Shown here piece after piece: positions 28,262 through 37,280 of a DNA stretch of 60,779 nucleotides. Positions within the stretch are counted from its first letter, which is position 1. Each line of letters starts with the position of its first letter. The notes under the pieces are model-generated. The model worked only from the letters and a program-made list of their open reading frames with translations. It ran no database searches and was not told the origin of the DNA. The translations under genes were made by a program, and so were the position numbers. The stretch comes from an uncultured Methanosarcinales archaeon (GTDB lineage: Archaea > Nanobdellota > Nanobdellia > Woesearchaeales > GW2011-AR9). Location: positions 1 to 60,779 of the forward strand of contig CAZRCV010000004.1 in the NCBI GenBank assembly GCA_964598745.1, read 5' to 3'.

Positions 28262-28450
28262 GGACCCGTAGTTCAGCCTGGATGCATCTTTCTGCAGGGA
28301 AAATAGAACGATAGCCTCCTACTCCAATGAAGAACTCCTGAGTAATTCCAATCATGGAATACCAAAGTTCACTGAGGAGATGAAAGCTATAGGTCGGGGG
28401 TTCAAAAGCTTTGGTTAAAATAAACCAGCCTGAAAGTCCTCCCGGGTCCG
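28262..28450 (+). tRNA. tRNA-Arg(CCU) with three introns (D-loop approx 18-21 nt; 37/38, 63 nt; 59/60, 30 nt)
   Basis: Hand fold. Acceptor GGACCCG/CGGGTCC with G73, D stem GTTC/GAAC, anticodon arm ATAGC-CUCCUA[28322-28384]A-GCTAT, variable AGGTC, T arm GGGGG-TTCAAA[28407-28436]T-CCTCC. The spliced T loop is the canonical TTCAAAT. D-loop intron boundaries are uncertain (starts about 28283, ends 28300-28303). Confidence 0.7.
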
Positions 28451-28525
28451 CTTTATTATCACTTAGGAAAGATATAGCCTTGTGATTAGTAAATTATTTA
28501 AAGGATAAATTAAACCATAACAGCC

Positions 28526-28840
28526 ATGTTCTGTTCAAAATGTGGTTCAATCCTAAGGCCAAAGGAAAAAGCAGGCAAAAAAATACTTTACTGCAGTTGT
28601 GGCTTTACTAAAAATCTGGATAATGAATCCAATGCTGAGATCAAGGAAAAAGTGCAAGCAGCTAAAAAGATTGAAATCGTGGAAAGTGTTGAAACTAATC
28701 CTAAAGTAAAAATAAAATGTGAAAAGTGCGATAATGGCATGGCCTATTATTGGACCCAGCAAACTCGCGGCGCTGACGAACCGGAAACCAGATTTTTTAA
28801 ATGCACCAAATGCAGCTACACTTGGAGGGAATATGCGTGA
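28526..28840 (+). CDS. tfs: Transcription factor S (TFS / RpoM)
   Basis: 104 aa with an N-terminal zinc ribbon (CSKCG...CSCG) and a C-terminal TFIIS-type ribbon (CEKC...QTRGADEPETRFFKCTKC). Confidence 0.85.
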   Translation: MFCSKCGSILRPKEKAGKKILYCSCGFTKNLDNESNAEIKEKVQAAKKIEIVESVETNPKVKIKCEKCDNGMAYYWTQQTRGADEPETRFFKCTKCSYTWREYA

Positions 28841-29343
28841 GTTCGGTGCAAGAACTGCAACAGTCTCTTCATTCTAGCCAAGTTTTTAAAGAATGGGTTT
28901 CTAACCATCCTCAAGCTTACTTATCGCATCTGTTTAGCACTATTACTTCTGCTCTGGAACAAAAATCTAGCTGGGAAATTGGTTATTTTAATCCAGAGAA
29001 ACAGAAAATAGCTGTCTTTGTAAAAACTGAGCAGGCTTTCATGATGAAGCAAGAAGATGAGGTTTTTAAAACAGAAGAAAGCATAATCGAAGAACTAAAT
29101 TTACCTAAGGCAGTGGTAAGTTTTGATTCAGCTGCCGCAGCCTGCCGCAAAGAATTGATAACATTATTTCCAAAAGAAAATTTAGGAGATGGATTTGTAG
29201 TTTTGCAAACAATAGATCAAAAAACGCAATGGAATTTTACACTCATAACTAAGGCTTTAAAATTTGCTAATGTAAAAATTTCCGCTGTTACCGGAAAAGT
29301 AGACACACACCAGCTGGTGGAAGCAGTAAAACTTAGTAACTAA
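28837..29343 (+). CDS. Hypothetical protein
   Basis: ORF in the track frame. Start placed at the GTG that overlaps the TFS stop (GTGA), giving VSSVQELQQ.... The upstream 12 codons lie inside tfs. Confidence 0.45.
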   Translation: MSSVQELQQSLHSSQVFKEWVSNHPQAYLSHLFSTITSALEQKSSWEIGYFNPEKQKIAVFVKTEQAFMMKQEDEVFKTEESIIEELNLPKAVVSFDSAAAACRKELITLFPKENLGDGFVVLQTIDQKTQWNFTLITKALKFANVKISAVTGKVDTHQLVEAVKLSN

Positions 29344-29644
29344 TCTTAATATTATTTATATTTTAAAGTAGTAATTGGCTAGTATTTTTTATAAAGGTAA
29401 ATCGCAATAATTTTTCTAAAGTGGTGTCGCTCTTAAGTATATATTTTCCAACTGCGGAGTCTTTATATAGTTTATTTATTCTACTAAAGTTACCGATAGA
29501 TGTTTGAAAAAAGGGGTGATTGATGTCCTATGAAAATTTCTTACAAGGCCGCCATTAGTTCAAAAAAATTAGACAGTTTCTTTACCACGGAAACTAAAGA
29601 AGAAGAGGAGTAATTTTAAAACAATGATTGTGATTTATTTTTTT

Positions 29645-30286
29645 TCATTTATCTTCAATTTTTGAACTTCTTAAGAATTGATCCAAGGTTGACTTTACTT
29701 CTCTGAAAACGGTTTGTAGTTTTTGGTTTCCATCAATGCTAACAAAACGCTCTCCATTTGCTGTTAACGCTGCTATTGCGGTTTGGTAATTAGTTTTAAC
29801 TCTAGACAAAAGATCTTCTTGCTCAAAAACTTCTCGTGAACTGCGCGTTTGACGAATTCTTTCCATAGCTAATTTTAAATCAACCTCAAAAACCAAAGTT
29901 AAATCAGGCCGATATAACCCTTGATGTTTTTGGATCAACTCATTAATATCCATTCCCATAGCTGATTGATAAGCAATGGTAGATAACTTATGGCGGTCGC
30001 AAAGCACGATTTGGCCTTGCTGAAGTGCGGGAATGATTCTGCGGCTTAAGTGCATAACCCGATCATCATAAAATAGCTCCGCAAATTGTTCTGCAGAAAC
30101 AGGGCTGCTTTCAGTGTTGCCTTGAGCTGCTAAAACTCTAATTTTGCGGCCGATATCCATATCTGTCGGTTCTTTGGTGGCCAGAACATTATAACTTTGA
30201 GAACGAAGATAATCTGCAGCTAAGCGGAGTTGTGTAGTTTTTCCACAGCCGTCAATGCCTTCAAAAACAATAAATTTTCCGGTCAT
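29645..30286 (-). CDS. tmk: Thymidylate kinase
   Basis: P-loop FIVFEGIDGCGKTTQ, DRH motif and LID region. 213 aa. Confidence 0.85.
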   Translation of the reverse strand: MTGKFIVFEGIDGCGKTTQLRLAADYLRSQSYNVLATKEPTDMDIGRKIRVLAAQGNTESSPVSAEQFAELFYDDRVMHLSRRIIPALQQGQIVLCDRHKLSTIAYQSAMGMDINELIQKHQGLYRPDLTLVFEVDLKLAMERIRQTRSSREVFEQEDLLSRVKTNYQTAIAALTANGERFVSIDGNQKLQTVFREVKSTLDQFLRSSKIEDK

Positions 30287-30813
30287 AGTTTTAGCTTATA
30301 TTCAATATAAGTGTGTGTCCCTTCATGATGCTTAGTTCGCTTGATTTCTTGCCACGAGCTTTGATCAAATGGAGGCAATTTAGTATCTCCACCCCAGGAG
30401 CCATGCACTTTGGTTTCATAAATTTTGCTAACTAATCCAGAATTCATAGCTTCGGCATAAGGTCGCGAGCCTCCCGCAACAAAAACAGTACTAGAATCAA
30501 TACCAACGAACTCACTATTATCTAGTACTTCTATGGCTGATGGTAAAGATGGAACCACAATTACACCTGGATCATTATAGCTAGCAGTTGATGAAAGAAT
30601 TATATTTAATCTGTCTTTTAGTGGCCTAAGCTTAGGGGGAATAGACTCGTAAGTAACCCTGCCCATAATTACAGGATGGCCTATAGTAAGCTGCTTAAAT
30701 CGTGCTAAATCATCCTTAAGGCGGAAAGGCCAAGGAAAACCAACCTGGCCATTACGAGTTACACCAATGTAACCATCATCCGCTACAGCATAAATTAGAG
30801 CTAAATTTATCAT
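30283..30813 (-). CDS. folA: Dihydrofolate reductase
   Basis: 176 aa with FPWPFRLKDDLARFKQLT and VIMGRVTYESIP DHFR motifs. 4-nt overlap with tmk. Confidence 0.8.
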   Translation of the reverse strand: MINLALIYAVADDGYIGVTRNGQVGFPWPFRLKDDLARFKQLTIGHPVIMGRVTYESIPPKLRPLKDRLNIILSSTASYNDPGVIVVPSLPSAIEVLDNSEFVGIDSSTVFVAGGSRPYAEAMNSGLVSKIYETKVHGSWGGDTKLPPFDQSSWQEIKRTKHHEGTHTYIEYKLKL

Positions 30814-30814
30814 T

Positions 30815-31678
30815 TTATATTGCTACCTCCGCTTTAATGTGTGGATGAGGATCGTAACCAACCAACCTAAAATCATCAAATTTGAAATCAAAAATATTTG
30901 AAACTTTTTGGTTAATAACCATTGTAGGTAATGGCCGAGGTGTTCGGCTTAACTGCAACGTGGTTTGTTGCAAATGGTTTCTGTAAAGATGCAGATCACC
31001 AAAGGCCTGAACAAATTCTCCCGGTTGTTTTCCCGTTACTTGGGCCATCATCATAGTCAGCAAAGCATAAGAAGCAAGGTTGAATGGCACTCCCAAAAAG
31101 GCATCAGCGCTTCTCTGATACATCTGGCATGAAAGCTTCTGTTGTTCAGGCCTAGTTTCATCACCAGCTACATAGAACTGAAATAAGGTATGGCAGGGAG
31201 GCAAAGCTACCTCATCCGCTTCAGCTGGATTCCAAGAACTAACAATAATTCTGCGGCTGAACGGATTTTTTTTAATGGTTTCCACGGCTCTAACAATTTG
31301 ATCTATTCCATCATTTTGATAAGTGCCATCAGCGTTCTTAGTAGCTCCGAAATTCCGCCATTGATGGCCATAAACTGGGCCTAAATCGCCTGGTTTTCTG
31401 CCGAATCTAGCCGTTTGTTCTTCAGTAGCCCATTCATTCCAAATGGTAACTCCTTGTTGATTTAACCACTGAGTATTGGTATGGCCGCCCAACATCCATA
31501 ATAATTCATACAGAATAGATTTAAGATGCAGTTTTTTGGTGGTAAGCAAAGGAAAACCAGCTGCTAAGTCACAACGCAGTTGATAACCAAAGACGCCAAC
31601 AGTGCCAACTCCAGTTCGATCAAGTCTCTCCTTACCCCTAGTTAAAATATGTTCCAATAATGAAAGATATTGTTCCAT
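30815..31678 (-). CDS. thyA: Thymidylate synthase (ThyA)
   Basis: 287 aa, [11 protein letters not shown] and the [12 protein letters not shown] active-site Cys motif. Confidence 0.95.
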   Translation of the reverse strand: MEQYLSLLEHILTRGKERLDRTGVGTVGVFGYQLRCDLAAGFPLLTTKKLHLKSILYELLWMLGGHTNTQWLNQQGVTIWNEWATEEQTARFGRKPGDLGPVYGHQWRNFGATKNADGTYQNDGIDQIVRAVETIKKNPFSRRIIVSSWNPAEADEVALPPCHTLFQFYVAGDETRPEQQKLSCQMYQRSADAFLGVPFNLASYALLTMMMAQVTGKQPGEFVQAFGDLHLYRNHLQQTTLQLSRTPRPLPTMVINQKVSNIFDFKFDDFRLVGYDPHPHIKAEVAI

Positions 31679-31835
31679 GGTCGAAACTATAATCTGTTCT
31701 ATAAATTAAACATCTCTTATTTCTAAATAATAGCTTTAAGCAGTACCATTTAATCTATTTAAATCGCTTTCTCTTCTGGAGAAATAGCATTGAAAGATAA
31801 AAATACATTTAAATTTGGTTCTGAGCATAAAACTA

Positions 31836-32846
31836 ATGATCATTGGCGTCACTGGCTTGTTTTGTTCAGGAAAAGATACCGTAGCTAAATTTCTGCAAGA
31901 AATGAATTTTTATCATATTTCTTTTTCTGATTTGATCAGAGATGAACTTAAAAGAAGAAAGCAGAATATTACTCGGAACTCATTAATTGAAACCGGAAAC
32001 GAACTGAGAAAAAGCCTGGGCGCGGATACTTTAGCTAAGCAGGCTTTAGCGCAAGTTAAAGATGGGGAAAATTATGTTTTTACTTCTATCCGCAATCAAG
32101 CCGAAGTGGAATTACTGCAGCACCGAACAGATTTTCTGCTTATTAAAGTAGTAGCGCCAATTAAAGCCAGGCTGCAAAGAATTATTCAAAGAAACCGGGA
32201 AGAAGATCCTAAAACATTGCAAGAATTAAAACAAAAAGAACAGCAAGAGTCTAGTTCAGAAGTTCATCAACAGCAATTGTCTCAAGTCTTAAGCCTGGCT
32301 AAAGTAACCATTAACAATAACTCTACTCCAGAGGCGCTAACGGGCAAAGTAAACCAACTAGTTAAAGATTATTTATATCTGCTGCAGGAGGCGCGCCCTA
32401 GCTGGGACAAATATTTTATGAATATCACTGAACAAGTTAAATTGCGTTCCACCTGCTTGTCGGCTAAGAAAGGGGCGATTCTCGTTCGTGACAAAATGAT
32501 CTTGTCTACCGGTTACAATGGTTCGCCGAAGAACATCCGGCATTGCAATGATGGTGGCTGCCAGCGCTGCACTTCCCGCCATTTGGGAAAAATGAAATCT
32601 GGTGTTTATCAAGAACCTTGTATTTGCTGCCATTCCGAAGAGAATGCTATAGTGCAGGCGGCTTATAGCGGTATTTCCACTCGTGGAGCTACACTTTACA
32701 CTACTTTTACTCCTTGTATTGTTTGCGCTAAAATGATTATTAATTCTGGTATTGCTCAAGTAGTATCTAAAGTGGCTTATCCTGATGATACAGCCAAAGA
32801 ATTATTAAAGCAGGCTAAAATCAAGCTGGAGGTTTTGATGAATTAA
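31836..32846 (+). CDS. Fusion protein: P-loop nucleotide kinase-like domain plus dCMP deaminase domain
   Basis: N-terminal Walker A (IIGVTGLFCSGKDT). The C-terminal half has cytidine/deoxycytidylate deaminase zinc motifs (HSEENAI and PCIVCAKMII). The ATG at 31836 is preferred over the TTG at 31815. Confidence 0.75.
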   Translation: MIIGVTGLFCSGKDTVAKFLQEMNFYHISFSDLIRDELKRRKQNITRNSLIETGNELRKSLGADTLAKQALAQVKDGENYVFTSIRNQAEVELLQHRTDFLLIKVVAPIKARLQRIIQRNREEDPKTLQELKQKEQQESSSEVHQQQLSQVLSLAKVTINNNSTPEALTGKVNQLVKDYLYLLQEARPSWDKYFMNITEQVKLRSTCLSAKKGAILVRDKMILSTGYNGSPKNIRHCNDGGCQRCTSRHLGKMKSGVYQEPCICCHSEENAIVQAAYSGISTRGATLYTTFTPCIVCAKMIINSGIAQVVSKVAYPDDTAKELLKQAKIKLEVLMN

Positions 32847-33075
32847 TTATTTCTAACACTTTGTCCCTGCTGTTAAGGCCGCTTACAATCCTGACAGTTA
32901 ACTTCAGCTGTTTTTTAAAAAATTTAATTAATTGATCGTTAGCTTGATGATCTGCCGCTGGTTTGGTTAGGTATAACTTCAACTGGCCTTTATCTTCAAT
33001 CAATTTTAATCTGGAAGAGTTGGGAACGACTCGAAGATGAATGTGTCCATTAAACATATAAGCGGTTACATTCAT
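32821..33075 (-). CDS. DUF167 (YggU-like) family protein
   Basis: 84 aa, LRVVPNSSR...KPAADHQANDQLIKFFKK...VRIVSGLNSRDKVLEI pattern. Confidence 0.65.
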   Translation of the reverse strand: MNVTAYMFNGHIHLRVVPNSSRLKLIEDKGQLKLYLTKPAADHQANDQLIKFFKKQLKLTVRIVSGLNSRDKVLEIINSSKPPA

Positions 33076-33170
33076 ATATCTTTATAAGGTAGTTAGTTCT
33101 TAAAAGTAGGGGTGGTACAAGTATCTTATACTAATTAAAGATACCTTTGTTAATAGATGTTTGCTAGCTG

Positions 33171-33800
33171 ATGGACTCAATAAAAATTACTCTGGAGACG
33201 TTGTACGACTTTGTGAGAAATGAGAAAAAGCGTGCTGATTTGCAGCAGTTGGAAGCTGCCTTCTTGATAAACGTTGCCGGTTACGTAAGAGAAAAACAAG
33301 CACTTTTGAAAGAAAAAGAGCATGACGCCAGTATTTTTGCTGCAGGAGAGCGAGACAAATTGGAATATGAAGTGCGCAGCATCAAGCGCATTCTGAAAGA
33401 AATCTATGAACTACGGGAAAAAAAGATCATTGATATCGCCCTAAATAAAAGCAAAACAGGCTCGGAAATTATCGATACCAGCGCGATGTTAAGGGAAGAA
33501 AAGGAATTTTACCAGCAGCTGCTGCGAGTTTTGGACTTATCCCGGCAGAAAGTATTGTTTAAATTGTATAACGGCGAACTTCCGGTGTTGCTGGAAACAA
33601 CCTTGCCAGAAATTAAAATGATTTCGGCAGATAAAGAAAAGACTTCCGTAATGACCATGATTAGGTTTATTCATCCCACGCCAAGTTTTGTGTGGAAGGA
33701 TCTAAAAGTTTATGGTCCCTATGGAATAGGCGTTGAGACAGAAATTTTCACCGAAGTGGCGGAATTATTAATTCGCAAGAAACGCGCCGAGAGAGTTTAA
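33171..33800 (+). CDS. Probable archaeal GINS subunit (Gins51-like)
   Basis: 209 aa. Layout resembles Gins51: N-terminal LETLYDFVRNEKKRADLQQLEAAF, central KKIIDIAL, C-terminal beta domain with KVYGPYG...AELLIRKKRAE. Confidence 0.5.
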   Translation: MDSIKITLETLYDFVRNEKKRADLQQLEAAFLINVAGYVREKQALLKEKEHDASIFAAGERDKLEYEVRSIKRILKEIYELREKKIIDIALNKSKTGSEIIDTSAMLREEKEFYQQLLRVLDLSRQKVLFKLYNGELPVLLETTLPEIKMISADKEKTSVMTMIRFIHPTPSFVWKDLKVYGPYGIGVETEIFTEVAELLIRKKRAERV

Positions 33801-34633
33801 AGGCCGCGATGATGTTTGACTATTGGCACTAATTCTTCTGGTTTGTCAATAATATAATCAAAATTAACTTTCTTTCCACTTTCTAAAGTTGTTCCCCGCT
33901 CCAATAGTTCCCGGCCTTCATAACCCCAGGCTGCGCCGACCATTAATAAATCTACTTTTTTGGATAAGCCGGGAACTAATACTTCGCGAGATGCAGCTAA
34001 GTCGGCTCTGGTGTCACCTACATGCATAGTGTTAGGCCCAGTCGTTCCCAGAGTTCTTAAACACCAAGCTACAGAAATAGTACTTGGTTTTCTTAAAGAT
34101 TCACCATTCCCTGCGCCGTGAGCTTCTCGCAGTATTTCTATTCCAACTTGAGTATCAAAGTATTGGATAACTCCTGCGCGTTCCAATTCTCGGCTAATAG
34201 TTTCCCAGGTATTGGTAGAGTTTACCGCCATTCTTAATCTAGTTGAGCCAGTTAATCGTTGCGCTGAAAGTGAACCTAAAGCATAGAGTTGTTCTAAAAC
34301 TTCTTTAATTCCAGGAAATAAACCCAGTTGATGGGTTGTTTTAAATTCATTATAAGCCGCCCACACAGGATGATCTTTATCTTTCATGTCACAAGGTAGT
34401 CCATGTTTATCATAAAAGTTTTGCACACCACTAGCTACATCTCCAGCCCCATGCAAAGTATAATTATAATCTAATAAGAATTCACTTAAATCTTTATAAG
34501 GTAAAGGTGGCTTTCCATTTACCATGGCCCAGTTTTGAAACCATTGGTATTGTCTTGGAGCTGTACAAGATAAAACACCATCATTATCAAAAATAATTCC
34601 TTCTAATGAACCATTAATTTCTGGTTGATGCAT
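33797..34633 (-). CDS. HAD-superfamily hydrolase
   Basis: Motif I IIFDNDGVL and motif III VGDTRADLAA. 278 aa. Confidence 0.6.
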   Translation of the reverse strand: MHQPEINGSLEGIIFDNDGVLSCTAPRQYQWFQNWAMVNGKPPLPYKDLSEFLLDYNYTLHGAGDVASGVQNFYDKHGLPCDMKDKDHPVWAAYNEFKTTHQLGLFPGIKEVLEQLYALGSLSAQRLTGSTRLRMAVNSTNTWETISRELERAGVIQYFDTQVGIEILREAHGAGNGESLRKPSTISVAWCLRTLGTTGPNTMHVGDTRADLAASREVLVPGLSKKVDLLMVGAAWGYEGRELLERGTTLESGKKVNFDYIIDKPEELVPIVKHHRGL

Positions 34634-34768
34634 TTTAAATGTTTAAAAGGCCGGAGTTTAAAAAATATTCTAATTTAAAAACAATAGTTCAAGATATCCA
34701 GTACAAAGCCTGATAATAACCGAATGAAGCGAGATTTTCCACATAGCCATCTAAATTAGACAGAAGCC

Positions 34769-35563
34769 TTACCTTTTTTTAAAGGCACTAGTTACTACAA
34801 AACCTGCAAACAACAATAGAACGATTACGCCGCTAGGTGGAAGGTCAACAATATAAGAAACAATAATGCCGCTAATTGCTGCTACCATGGCGCTAAATGA
34901 GGAAATAAGTAAGGCCTGCTTAAATGAGCTAGCTAAATTCAAGGCAATCATGCTGGGAATGACTAACAGCGCCGAAATTAATAGAATGCCTACAGCTCTG
35001 ATGCTGATTACCACCACCATTGCTGTTAAAAGTGTAAATATAATATTAGCTAAATTAACCCTGTGGCGGTACAGGTAAGCTAATTCTTCGTTAAAAGTAA
35101 GATAAAACATGTCCTGATAGAACAATTTTAAAAAAATTATCACTGCCAATAATAAAGATAAAGCTAGGATTAAATCAAAATTATTAAGTGTTAAAATACT
35201 GCCAATAAGATAACTGTAAAGGTTGCTGTTAAATCCCCTTACTGCAGCAATCATGACTATCCCTAAACCTACTCCAAAAGAAAGCAATAAAGCAATCACA
35301 GCATCACCGTAGAGATTTTTCTTAAGTGTGTGACGAACCCAGAAACTGCCAACGATGGCCATCACTAAGGCTGAGAGTAAAGGATTAATGCCTAACAGGA
35401 ACCCTAAAGCCACGCCGCCAAACGATAAATGGGCTAAACCATCGCCCAGCAAAGAAAGCCTTCTTAACACTAAAAATGGCCCCAGCAAGCCACAAGAGAT
35501 GGCGATAGCTAATCCTCCCAGCAAAGCTTTTTGCATAAATCCATAACTCAGTAATTCAATCAT
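34769..35563 (-). CDS. znuB: Metal (Zn/Mn) ABC transporter permease
   Basis: 264 aa, ABC-3 type multi-TM permease. 8-nt overlap with the ATPase gene. Confidence 0.8.
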   Translation of the reverse strand: MIELLSYGFMQKALLGGLAIAISCGLLGPFLVLRRLSLLGDGLAHLSFGGVALGFLLGINPLLSALVMAIVGSFWVRHTLKKNLYGDAVIALLLSFGVGLGIVMIAAVRGFNSNLYSYLIGSILTLNNFDLILALSLLLAVIIFLKLFYQDMFYLTFNEELAYLYRHRVNLANIIFTLLTAMVVVISIRAVGILLISALLVIPSMIALNLASSFKQALLISSFSAMVAAISGIIVSYIVDLPPSGVIVLLLFAGFVVTSAFKKR

Positions 35564-36236
35564 GATGCTTGCCTCGAAGATGATTTAAATGATGATGCAC
35601 AAAATAAGGCCCATACATTTGCTTTAACAAACTAGGAATTTGCCGTGGTGTTCCCATGCAACAAACTCGGTGATTGATGCACAATACTGTTTTGACTAAC
35701 GAAGAAAGAATGCCTACTTCATGTGTAACTAGGATTATGGCCATTCCTTGACGGTTTAATTTTTTAAGCAATTGGTAAAATGACTGCTGGGCTTGCACAT
35801 CCACCCCGGCAGTAGGCTCATCTAAAATCAACAATTGCGGATTTCTTAACAAAGCTAAAGCAATAAGTACCCGCTGCTGTTGTCCGCCCGAGAGCGAGGC
35901 GAATTTCTTATTAAGGACTCCTTGTAAACCTAATAAATTTATTAATTCAGGTTTAACTGTAAGTAATGTTTCTTTCACGGTGCCTGGAAAATTCCGATCA
36001 ATGGTGTAACGCTGTGGGACATAACTTATCTTATTTCTGTTAATCTTAATCTCAACACTGCCGCTAGTTGGGGATAGTAAACCCAGAATAACCTTCACTA
36101 GGGTAGTTTTTCCTGAGCCGTTGGGGCCAATCAAGGCCAAAAAATCCTTTTCTTTAACCGCAAAAGAAATGTCTTCCAATATTTTTTGCTCAGCAAAGGA
36201 AAAGAACAGTGAAGAAACAGTAATTAAAGATTTCAT
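35556..36236 (-). CDS. znuC: Metal ABC transporter ATP-binding protein
   Basis: Walker A GPNGSGKTT, signature LSGGQQQR, Walker B LLILDEP. The ATG at 36236 is preferred over the upstream TTG. Confidence 0.85.
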   Translation of the reverse strand: MKSLITVSSLFFSFAEQKILEDISFAVKEKDFLALIGPNGSGKTTLVKVILGLLSPTSGSVEIKINRNKISYVPQRYTIDRNFPGTVKETLLTVKPELINLLGLQGVLNKKFASLSGGQQQRVLIALALLRNPQLLILDEPTAGVDVQAQQSFYQLLKKLNRQGMAIILVTHEVGILSSLVKTVLCINHRVCCMGTPRQIPSLLKQMYGPYFVHHHLNHLRGKHHD

Positions 36237-36288
36237 GGACAGATAAAACAATATCTTTTAGGCTTGTGCAAAAATAAAATTTTTAAAA

Positions 36289-37191
36289 TCATGTCGTGCA
36301 TTCCAGAGCCAGTTTCAACTTCTGCAAATTTTTCTGCATGATAGTAATGTAAGTATCAGCTGGATTGGTAGTGCCTTCCACCGGGCTTAGCTCCAACAAA
36401 CTGGCTCCAGTTTCGCTGGCAATAGCCTCGGCTACACGCGGATCAACTAATTCCTCATATAAAATGTATTTGATATTCTCTGCTTTAGCCAAATTGATTA
36501 ATTGTTTAATTTGATTGGGAGTTGGTTCTGTTTCTGGTTCTAGCCCGCTGATGGACTTGGTTCTGAAACCATAATCACGGCCCAAGTAGGAAAATGAATT
36601 GTGGCTGCTAAGAATAACTTCTTTTTTACAGTTGGTTAACCCTTGTTTATATTCCACATCCAGTTTTTCCAGTTGTTCAATTAAATTGTTGCCGTTCTCA
36701 ACATAATAGTTGGCATTTTCAAAATCAATCATACTCAAGCCATTAATAATATTAGCAGCCATTATTTTGGCATTTTTAGGAGAAAGCCAGATATGCGGGT
36801 CAAGCCTGCTGGCGGCTTCCAGAGGATCTGTTTTAATTTGGCTGACTCCTTTGCCGGCCGAGATTACTTGAACCTGGCCTATTATAGATTCAGTAAAAGT
36901 ATCTTCAAATGGCGCAAATCCTGTTCCTAAAATAACCAAGGCATCAGCCCGATTTAGCTGTTGGATATCGCTAGGCTTTGGCTCAAAATCGTGCGGTTCT
37001 GCGCCAGCTGGAACCAAAGAGTAAACTGTACCATAGTCGCCCACGATACTTTTAGCCAAATCATACAGTGGATAAAAAGTGGCGGCCACTGCCAATGATT
37101 TATTATTTGTTAAAGGATTAGCTTGATTTGCTGAACATCCGAGCAAAGATAGAACCATAATGCCAATCCAAACAATTGTTATAATTTTCAT
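36289..37191 (-). CDS. znuA: Metal ABC transporter substrate-binding lipoprotein (TroA/ZnuA-like)
   Basis: Lipobox LSLLGCSA and HDFEP / DPHIWLSP metal-binding motifs. Confidence 0.8.
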   Translation of the reverse strand: MKIITIVWIGIMVLSLLGCSANQANPLTNNKSLAVAATFYPLYDLAKSIVGDYGTVYSLVPAGAEPHDFEPKPSDIQQLNRADALVILGTGFAPFEDTFTESIIGQVQVISAGKGVSQIKTDPLEAASRLDPHIWLSPKNAKIMAANIINGLSMIDFENANYYVENGNNLIEQLEKLDVEYKQGLTNCKKEVILSSHNSFSYLGRDYGFRTKSISGLEPETEPTPNQIKQLINLAKAENIKYILYEELVDPRVAEAIASETGASLLELSPVEGTTNPADTYITIMQKNLQKLKLALECTT

Positions 37192-37226
37192 CTATCATTC
37201 AAAAAATTATCTTGGTATTTAAATAG

Positions 37227-37251
37227 TTTATTGATAATCATTATCAATAAA
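37227..37251. promoter_or_regulatory. Fur/Zur-box palindrome in the znuA-zur divergent spacer
   Basis: TTTATTGATAATCATTATCAATAAA is a perfect 12-1-12 inverted repeat containing the classical Fur-box core GATAATCATTATC. Confidence 0.6.
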
Positions 37252-37280
37252 TTTATATTTATTAATCAGTTTATATTTTT

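Noticed and set aside
28801-28836. ATG-initiated 180-aa version of the ORF downstream of tfs
   Set aside because: Its first 12 codons overlap the conserved C-terminal zinc ribbon of TFS. A GTG overlapping the tfs stop gives a coupled start without overlap.
29530-29613. 27-codon ORF (MKISYKAAISSKKLDSFFTTETKEEEE) in the 300-bp spacer upstream of tmk
   Set aside because: It is too short and compositionally unremarkable to call without conservation or expression evidence. The nearby GGGGTGAT sequence precedes a different 10-codon frame.
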